Positions 54,931-64,000 of a DNA stretch of 64,000 nt are shown in pieces. Every line of letters starts with the position of its first letter. Within the stretch, counting starts at the first letter, position 1. The notes beneath the pieces were generated by a model. The model searched no databases. It was given only the letters and a program-made list of their open reading frames with translations, and was not told the origin of the DNA. This DNA comes from Pecten maximus. Lineage: Eukaryota. A program made the position numbers and the translations under genes. The stretch lies in the NCBI RefSeq assembly GCF_902652985.1, contig NC_047033.1, positions 23,064,001-23,128,000 on the forward strand. Reading direction: 5' to 3'.

Positions 54931-57900
54931 AGGAGGATAGGAAAATGCTTTGTTGCTTGAAGGATAGGAATATGCTGTGTTGTCTGGAGGATAGGAATAC
55001 GCTGTGTTGTTTGGAGGACAGGAATACGCTGTGTTGTTTGGAGGACAGGAATACGCTGTGTTGTTTGGGGGGGGGGGGGGGGGGCAGGAAAACGCTGTGT
55101 TGTTTGGAAGACAGGAATACGCTGTGTTGTTTGGGGGGGGGGGGGGGCAGGAATACGCTTTGGTTTTTTTTGGGGGGGGGGGGGGGGCAGGAAAACGCTG
55201 TGTTGTTTGGAGGATAGGGATACGCTGTGTTGTTTGGAAGACATGGATACGTTGTGTTGTTTGGGGGACAGGAATACGCTGTGTTGTTTGGGGGGGGGGG
55301 GGGGCAGGAAAACGCTGTGTTGTTTGGAGGATAGGAATACGTTGTGTTGTTTGGAAGACATGGATACGTTGTGTTGTTTGGGGGACAGGAATACGCTGTG
55401 TTGTTTGGAGGACAGGAAAACATCGTGTTGTTTGAAGGACAAGGAAACGCTGTGTTGTTTGGGGGGGGGCAGGAAAACGCTGTGTGTTTGGGGGACAGGA
55501 ATACGCTGTGTTGTTTGGGGGACAGGAATACGCTGTGTTGTTTGGGGGACAGGACATCGCTGTGTTGTTTGGGGGACAGGAATACGCTGTGTTGTTTGGG
55601 GGACAGGAATACGCTGTGTTGTTTGGGGGACAGGAATACGCTGTGTTGTTTGGGGGACAGGACATCGCTGTGTTGTTTGGGGGACAGGAATACGTTGTGT
55701 TGTTTGGGGGACAGGACATCGCTGTGTTGTTTGGGGGACAGGAATACGCTGTGTTGTTTGGGGGACAGGACATCGCTGTGTTGTTTGGGGGACAGGACAT
55801 CGCTGTGTTGTTTGGGGGACAGGACATCGCTGTGTGTTTGGGGGACAGGAATACGCTGTGTTGTTTGGGGGACAGGACATCGCTGTGTTGTTTGGGGGAC
55901 AGGAATACGCTGTGTTGTTTGGGGGACAGGAATACGTTGTGTTGTTTGGGGGACAGGAATACGCTGTGTTGTTTGGGGGACAGGACATCGCTGTGTTGTT
56001 TGGGGGACAGGAATACGTTGTGTTGTTTGGGGGACAGGAATACGCTGTGTTGTTTGGGGGACAGGAATACGCTGTGTTGTTTGGGGGACAGGAATACGCT
56101 GTGTTGTTTGGGGGACAGGACATCGCTGTGTTGTTTGGGGGACAGGAATACGCTGTGTTGTTTGGGGGACAGGAATACGTTGTGTTGTTTGGGGGACAGG
56201 AATACGCTGTGTTGTTTGGGGGACAGGACATCGCTGTGTTGTTTGGGGGACAGGACATCGCTGTGTTGTTTGGGGGACAGGAATACGCGGTGTTGTTTGT
56301 AGGATAGGAATACGTTGTGTTGTTTGGAAGACATGGATACGTTGTGTTGTTTGGGGGACAGGAATACGCTGTGTTGTTTGGGGGACAGGACATCGCTGTG
56401 TTGTTTGGGGGACAGGAATACGCTGTGTTGTTTGGGGGACAGGAATACGTTGTGTTGTTTGGGGGACAGGAATACGCTGTGTTGTTTGGGGGACAGGACA
56501 TCGCTGTGTTGTTTGGGGGGACAGGACATCGCTGTGTTGTTTGGGGGACAGGAATACGCGGTGTTGTTTGTAGGATAGGAATACGTTGTGTTGTTTGGAA
56601 GACATGGATACGTTGTGTTGTTTGGGGGACAGGAATACGCTGTGTTGTTTGGAGGACAGGAAAACATCGTGTTGTTTGGAGGACAAGGAAACGCTGTGTT
56701 GTTTGGGGGACAGGACATCGCTGTGCTGTTTGGGGGACAGGAATACGCTGTGTTGTTTGTGGGGGGGGGGGGGGCAGGAAAACGCTGTGTTGTTTGTGGG
56801 GGGGGGGGGCAGGAAAACGCTGTGTTGTTTGGAGGATAGGAATACGTTGTGTTGTTTGGAAGACATGGATACGTTGTGTTGTTTGGGGGACAGGAATACG
56901 CTCTGTTGTTTGGAGGACAGGAATACGCTGTGTTGTTTGGAGGATAGGAATACGCTGTGTTGTTTGGGGGACAGGAAAACGCTGTGTTGTTTGCAGGACA
57001 GGAATACTCTGTGTTGTCTTTAAGACAGGAATACGCTGTGTTGTATGGGGACAGGAATACGCTGTGTTGTCTGGAGGACAAGAATACGCTGTGTTGTTTG
57101 GAGGACAGGAATACGCTGTGTTGTTTGGAGGACAGGAATACGCTGTGTTGTATTGGGGGACAGGATTACGTTATGTTGTTTGGAGGACAGGAATACGCTG
57201 TGTTGTTTGGAGGACAGGAAAACATCGTGTTGTTTGGAGGACAAGGAAACGCTGTGTTGTTTGGAGGGGGGCAGGAAAACGCTGTGTGTTTGGGGGACAG
57301 GAATACGCTGTGTTGTTTGGGGGACAGGACATCGCTGTGTTGTTTGAGGGACAGGAATACGCGGTGTTGTTTGTAGGATAGGAATACGCTGTGTTGTTTG
57401 GGGGGGGGCAGGAAAACGCTGTGTTGTTTGGAGGATAGGAATACGTTGTCTTGTTTGGAAGACATGGATACGTTGTGTTGTTTGGGGGACAGGAATACGC
57501 TGTGTTGTTTGTGGGGGGGTGGGGGGGGGGGCAGGAAAACGCTGTGTTGTTTGGAGGACAGGAATACGCTGTGTTGTATTGGGGACAGGAATACGCTGTG
57601 TTGTATTGGGGACAGGAATACGCTCTGTTGTTTGGAGGACAGGAATACGCTGTGTTGTTTGGAGGACAGGAATACGTTGTGTTGTAAGGGGGACATGGAT
57701 ACGCTGTGTTGTCTGGAGGACAAGAATACGCTGTGTTGTTTGGAGGACAGGAATACGCTGTGTTGTTTGGAGGACAGGAATACGCTGTGTTGTATTGGGG
57801 GACAGGATTACGTTATGTTGTTTGGAGGACAGGAATACGCTGTGTTGTTTGGAGGACAGGAAAACATCGTGTTGTTTGGAGGACAAGGAAACGCTGTGTT

Positions 57901-59455
57901 GTTTGGAGGGGGGCAGGAAAACGCTGTGTGTTTGGGGGACAGGAATACGCTGTGTTGTTTGGGGGACAGGAATACGCGGTGTTGTTTGGGGGACAGGACA
58001 TCGCTGTGTTGTTTGGGGGACAGGAATACGCTGTGTTGTTTGGGGGGGGGGGGCAGGAAAACGCTGTGTTGTTTGGAGGATAGGAATACGTTGTGTTGTT
58101 TGGAAGACATGGATACGTTGTGTTGTTTGGGGGACAGGAATACGCTGTGTTGTTTGTGGGGGGGTGGGGGGGGGGCAGGAAAACGCTGTGTTGTTTGGAG
58201 GACAGGAATACGCTGTGTTGTATTGGGGACAGGAATACGCTGTGTTGTATTGGGGACAGGAATACGCTCTGTTGTTTGGAGGACAGGAATACGCTGTGTT
58301 GTTTGGAGGACAGGAATACGTTGTGTTGTAAGGGGGACATGGATACGCTGTGTTGTTTGGGGGACAGGAATACGCTGTGTTGAATTTGGAGGACAGGAAT
58401 ACGTTGTGTTGTTTGAAGGACAGGAAAACGTCGTGTTGTTTGGGGGGGGGGGGCAGGAAAACGCTGTGTTGTATTTGGGACATGAATAGGCTGTGTTGTT
58501 TGGAGGACAGGAATAAGCTGTGTTGTATTGGGGGACAGGAATAGGTTATGTTGTTGGAGGACAGGAAAACGCTGTGTTGTTTGGAGGACAGGAAATCGCT
58601 GTGTTGTTTGGAGGACAGGAATACGCTGTGTTGTTTGGGGGAGGACAGGAATATGCTGTGTTGTTTGGAGGACAGGAATACGCTGTGTTGTTTGGAGGAC
58701 AGGAATACGCTGTGTTGTATTGGGGGACAGGAAAACGCTGTGTGTTTGGGGGACAGGAATACGCTGTGTGTTTGGGGGACAGGAATACGCTGTGTTGTTT
58801 TGGGGTGGGAGGAAATCGCTGTGTTGTTTGGAGGACAGGAATACGCTGTGTTGTTTGGGAGACAGGAATACGCTGTGTTGTATTGGGGACAGGAATACGC
58901 TGTGTTGTTTGGAGGACAGAAATATGCTGTGTTGTTTGGGGGGGGGGGAGGAAATCGCTGTGTTGTTTGGAGGATAGGAATACGCTGTGTTGTTTGGGGG
59001 GGGGGAGGAAATCGCTGTGTTGTTTGGAGGACAGGAATACGCTGTGTTGTTTGGGGGGGGGGGGGGGGAGGAAATCGCTGTGTTGTTTGGAGGATAGGAA
59101 TACGCTGTGTTGTTTGGGGGGGGGGGGGAGGAAATCGCTGTGTTGTTTGGAGGACAGGAATACGCTGTGTTGTTTGGAGGATAGGAATACGCTGTGTTGT
59201 TTGGGGGGGCAGGAAAACGCTGTGTTGTTTGGAGAACAGGAATACGCTGTGTTGTTTGGGGGGGCAGGAATACGCTGTGTTGTTTGGAGGACAGGAATAC
59301 GCTGTGTTGTTTGGGGGACAGGAATATGCTGTGTCGTTTGGGAGAGAGGAATACGCTGTGACGTTTGAGGGACAGAAATACGTATTTAGGGGGGGGGGGG
59401 GCAGGACAACGTTGTGTGTTGTTTCGTAGACATGAATACGCTGGAGGACAGGAAT
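54930..59455. repeat. 27-bp G-rich minisatellite, about 165 copies (4.5 kb), with variable poly-G tracts
   Basis: Unit gg(a/g)ggacaggaatacgctgtgttgttt. It generates the overlapping repetitive ORFs in all six frames. Confidence 0.98.
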
Positions 59456-59458
59456 AGC

Positions 59459-59631
59459 ATTTGCCTTGGCTGTTACGAAGATGAATCCCCATACAAGCAC
59501 AATCGCTATCTAACAACCACGAAAGTTGACAAACGAATGACACAGGAGTTATCCATCTTCCACTATATTGCTTGTGAATTGGGCACTACTGACATGGAAA
59601 CTACGTCTCGTTGTAGTTCACTGTTCCAGAG
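59459..59631 (+). pseudogene. Decayed WSC-domain coding fragment
   Basis: ICLGCYEDESPYKHNRYLTTTKVDKRMTQELSIFHYIACELG matches the WSC pattern LGCYxD...RxL...MTxExCxxHC, with both Cys replaced by one-base changes (tcc, tat). Confidence 0.6.
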
Positions 59632-60949
59632 GTAGCATGCGTTTTTCTTTTTATTGATTTAACGACAGGTATGCGAGCGCATCAACACCAGACGCTTACC
59701 ACCCTTTCAAACGTATGTTGCCATTGTTCATATCATATAGGTAACATTAACATACCGTCAATACAAGTCAAATACAATTGTTTCTCGCATGCAAACTGTG
59801 TCAAAGAAATGCGGTTGTTTGATCCTTTAATGTTATTCAGGTAAAAATTCTTAACGGCTCATCAACACGATAAAGGTCGTTGGGGCAAAAAACAGTGAGT
59901 AAAATGTGGAAAAGACGAGACGACATATATCAAACGAAACATGTCGAAATGTAAACATAGATTGTTACACTCATGACTATTTTTTTTTAAATAAATCTAT
60001 AGTTACTTAAATCTTGTGATGAAGATCAACAGCGTTTACATAGTTACAATGCTTGTTTAAATTTGTGTTCAAAGGTGAAACCAATAGCATGGGCTGCTGT
60101 AGAGAATATTAAAGCGTCATCTAGAAGCCGGCATCCAAAGACTGCGTTTGTCGTAACTTGATCCGTTAATTAATAATTTGGTTAAATGTCCTTTGACAAT
60201 TAAATATTTTACATCACTGAAGGAAACTGTGCACAAAATAACATAATTATGTAAAAATATACGAAAGGAAAACTAAACAAAAAACGTAAAAAAAACTATC
60301 TACAATAATGAAAACGACACAGTACTATCGTTTGGAAAAGACATTGCATCAAACGTAATGATAGTTGAATATAAAACCTTGCCTGTTATCAAATGATATT
60401 CTTACACTGACACGACGTTATGTGAAGCACAATGAGCTACTTCAAGTTGAATTACATAATGATAAACTAATATCCATTGGTTCATGTTCTTCATTGTGAT
60501 TCCTGATTTTAAAAACTGTTCAAATGATGCAAATGTGTTAATTACATACTTTGGTATTAAGAGAGTCTGGTTTGTAATTTCGTAGAACGTGTCGTACGTA
60601 ATGTATCATAACTTGGCTAAACATTGATCCATTTTCCCCATAAGCTATGTCAACGTGCTTATTTTCTTATCGTTTGCGAACCCAAATGATCTGTACTTGT
60701 TGCAGCGGTGATAAATATAACGTGACTTTAAATAAACATTCTATCAATAGGAGTTTACATAGTTTTTCCTGCCTTGTGTTTATCATTTTACACTGACAAC
60801 TATGGTGTGAAGCAGACTTCCAAAGCAAATCAGCGGTGAAATTGTTAGCTATTATAGTATATGTATGTATGGTCGAAAAAGAGGTCCTTAATGGTCATCC
60901 GACTGATCATGTTAGAAAATAGTTGGCGTGGTTGTCGGGTCAAAATTCA

Positions 60950-62095
60950 ACTAAGACGAAAAATAACAACACCTTGTCTGCTTCCTTTCGATAACATCCT
61001 CGACAATTTTCAGCTCAATGGCACCAGCGAAACTGAAGTATTTAAAACTGAGGGTGCCATCTTGGATCTTTAAAACAACACTTCGTTAGAACCATCTCAG
61101 GATCACTTCAGGCAAGAATCTCACTGGCGGGACATGAGGGAACGCTAAAATGTAAACATGATATGCTATTTAATTAAAATGAATAAAATTATAAACCTTA
61201 CCATATCACAGCTATAATGCGATTGCTACGAAATGGATAATCAAAAGTATTGTATTTAAAATTGATTATATATAACATAGTAACACAAATGACGAAGGAA
61301 GACAACTTTTTGACTCGTGCTCTGACCAGGCCTCGAACACACGATCTACGGAACCCAATCGCCTAGCCAGAAATACCCGCAGCTTATACCGCTGCACCAC
61401 ATCGGCGTTCTTAAAAAAGAACGTTTCAATGGCGCAGTGATGGTCGGCCCGACACCCTGACATGATCATTGTGGAAGTCATTTATAAGATGATATGAATA
61501 CCTGGATCGTAATGTATTTACATACATGGATACGAATTGTACATATGTTATAAATATTTCTCTCTGTACAACTACGACAGGAAATTCAAATCTATATCTT
61601 CGGATCACCAACACATAGTGTATATGATACAGTGTGCTAATAAATAGATATATAACATAGTAACACAATTGACGAAGGAAGACAACTTTATGACTCGTGC
61701 CCTGACCGGGACTCGAACTCACGATCTACGGCACCCAATCGCCTAGCCAGAAATACCCGCAGCTTATACTGCTGCACCGCATGGATACGAATTGTACATA
61801 TATTATATACATTTCTGTCGGTACAACTACGACAGAAAATTAAAATATATATCTATATATATATTAATTCATTATCACACTAAATCTCATATATAACAAT
61901 AGTAAACTCCTGTTTGAAAACGTTTGATTTATTATTTATTTGTATACTAATCGAGTTCGCTTCTTTAAGTATAATTCAAATGATCACCTGAAGGAAATAA
62001 ACGTTCTTGTGTTCGAATACCATACATATGACATCTTAAATGTTATTAAAATGGAGTTTGGATGTAGAAATTGAAATGTATGAAGATCAATTATC
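60950..62095 (+). repeat. Copy 1 of a diverged local duplication (interrupted by the insertion at 61267-61860)
   Basis: Colinear blocks cagct.aatggcac.agcg, accatctcaggatca.ttcaggcaaga, tattgtattt.aaattg, attatcacactaaatc and ttcaaatgatcacctgaagga all recur at 63290-64000. Confidence 0.85.
61267..61860 (-). mobile_element. Insertion made of about 1.5 head-to-tail 380-bp units, each carrying an internal tRNA-like segment
   Basis: Period 380 (tataacatagtaacaca at 61271 and 61651). The minus strand of 61318-61406 reads gccgatgTGGTGCAGCGGta...GTTCGA (A/B boxes). TA-rich flanks; absent from the paralogous site at about 63634-63650. Confidence 0.75.
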
Positions 62096-63289
62096 CTACA
62101 ACTTATTGTGTATACTTGACGGGATTTCATATTTTAAAAATTGTGGATTTAATTTTTAATTTTAGCTGATAAATAATTTAGCATTCATTTACATGCAGCA
62201 TAAGTGAGAGTCTTACAGGGACATTAGAAGTAAAACGCTGTAATTTGAATATGTATGCATGGGTCGATATGAAGCCAAACGTTATACATTCCACTTTTAA
62301 CATATTCAACGAGCAACGAAACAAGAAACGTTTGCGGACAACAACCGACTGTTTGATTGATTGATGCTCTCATCAACTAAACAGAAATATAGTTTATACT
62401 TCTATTTACAATATATCATTTTAAAAATAACATAATTCAAAATCAGTCCTGTCAATTTACATTTCAACCTTCATATAATTGCAACATAAGTTGATTTATG
62501 TATGATGCTATAGAAAAAAAACGAAAAGAACCTTTCAAAAATGTTTTCACCCTAATTGGATTCAGGAAAAAAATCATAACTGCTAACTGGACAAGCTAAG
62601 AAATGTTATATCTAATTTGTGGGTAATTCTACATATGGGATGAATAACTATATTAAAAGACCAGTCCATTTATAACACAGACTAAAGAAAAAAACTATGG
62701 CATCAAAAAAAGATTGTACATATTCGCTTTTTGTCAATATTGCATAATTAAGATGGAACAAAAATAATTATCAATATTGTCAATACTAGCCAAGAATAAT
62801 TGCATTGAAATATGGCATATGTATTAAATTATCTTAAGTAACTGGCTTTGCTTTCAGTGCCAAACATTTTCAAAATTCTGTAATTCACTAGATACATGTA
62901 CGTATTGTAGCTGTTTATGTTTATGATAGGTCATTACTTCGTGACAAAAGACCTATCTTATAAAGAGCTTACTTTATATTAAAGGTTGATACACATTTGA
63001 AACAATAACATTCTCTATCGGAGATTGGCCAGGACTACCTGGCAGGTTGTCATTGACTCTCCCCACTCGACGAGTCACTTAAAAAGGATAATTTACAATC
63101 TTAGATAGTACCTACTTCTAAAACACACATCTTGGACCTACCTAAATAATAACAACACTTTGTCAGGAAAAACTAATGATTCTCTCTAGTGGAACTTCAA
63201 AAAAAGAAGTTTAAAATAGATGTTGTTCAGGAAAATCATGATTGCGCAATTATATTACAAAATGACAGCCGTGTCAACATTTCAACTAA

Positions 63290-64000
63290 GGTGAAAAATA
63301 ACAAAACTTTGTACACTGCTTTTCAATAACATCTTCACCACATTCAGCTGAATGGCACTAGCGGTGCTGGAGAATTTTAAACTGTGTTATTTTTACATTT
63401 CGGACAGACACAAAATATTAAAACACTTAGATAGGACCTCAGGATCATTTCAGGACCATCTCAGGATCATTTCAGGCAAGATTGAGCTTAACAGACGGGA
63501 AAAAAAGTTTTAAATGTATTTTTGTTGTTAATTTATTTCATCAATTAAAATGAACATACTGATAAATGTTACCAAATAAAAACAATGATAAGATAAAACC
63601 GAAACGGTTGTCACAAATATTGTATTTGAAATTGTATGTACATGTATATCTATTAATGTATTATCACACTAAATCCCAAAAATACAGATTGTAAAATCCT
63701 TTTTTAAAACGTTTGATTTATGATTTATTGGTATACTAAACGAGATCAATTCGTGATAGTTACTACAATTCTTAATTATTTAAATGTCAATATTGCTTTC
63801 GGTTCCAAACCTCCAGTGCCTATTTATACCTGTTAAATACGTCATCCCCGTGTATGTTATTGGTGCGTATAGTTCAAATGATCACCTGAAGGAAGTAAAC
63901 GTTCTGGTTTTCGAATAATATACATATGACATTAAATGTTATTAAAAATCGAGCTCGGAAGTATAAATGGAAATTAATGCAGATTAGCAACTAATTGTGT
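63290..64000 (+). repeat. Copy 2 of the diverged local duplication (empty site for the tRNA-like element)
   Basis: Colinear with 60950-61264 plus 61861-62095; runs to the window end. Confidence 0.85.

Noticed and set aside
54811-59543. Very long ORFs (up to 826 aa) on both strands
   Set aside because: They arise in all six frames from a stop-free 27-bp repeat and switch register at poly-G indels; there is no evidence of a maintained reading frame.

Overview
AT-rich, gene-poor eukaryotic (animal) genomic DNA, most likely from a bivalve mollusc, judging by the tRNA-derived V- and Meta-domain SINEs and Helentron-derived HINE elements. No intact protein-coding gene, rRNA, canonical tRNA or CRISPR array can be supported; all long ORFs in the supplied track come from tandem repeats. 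About a quarter of the window is mini/satellite DNA (32-, 45/44-, 49-, 45- and 27-bp units). The rest carries SINEs, MITEs (Tc1/mariner-, Kolobok- and Academ-like), a nested Helentron/HINE cluster, a diverged local duplication and several decayed coding relics (WSC-domain-like, B-box-like). One candidate promoter/first exon lies on the minus strand at about 41.2-41.5 kb. The most unusual structures are: a twin perfect hairpin with identical AAGTG loops that reads as a double snap-back repair scar (14.4 kb); a perfect 64-bp fold-back at the start of a 6.3-kb satellite (45.4 kb); a 27-bp minisatellite expanded between WSC-like coding fragments (54.8-59.6 kb); and a tandem, tRNA-containing insertion whose empty site survives in a paralogous copy (61.3 kb). 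I found no convincing novel multi-gene system.
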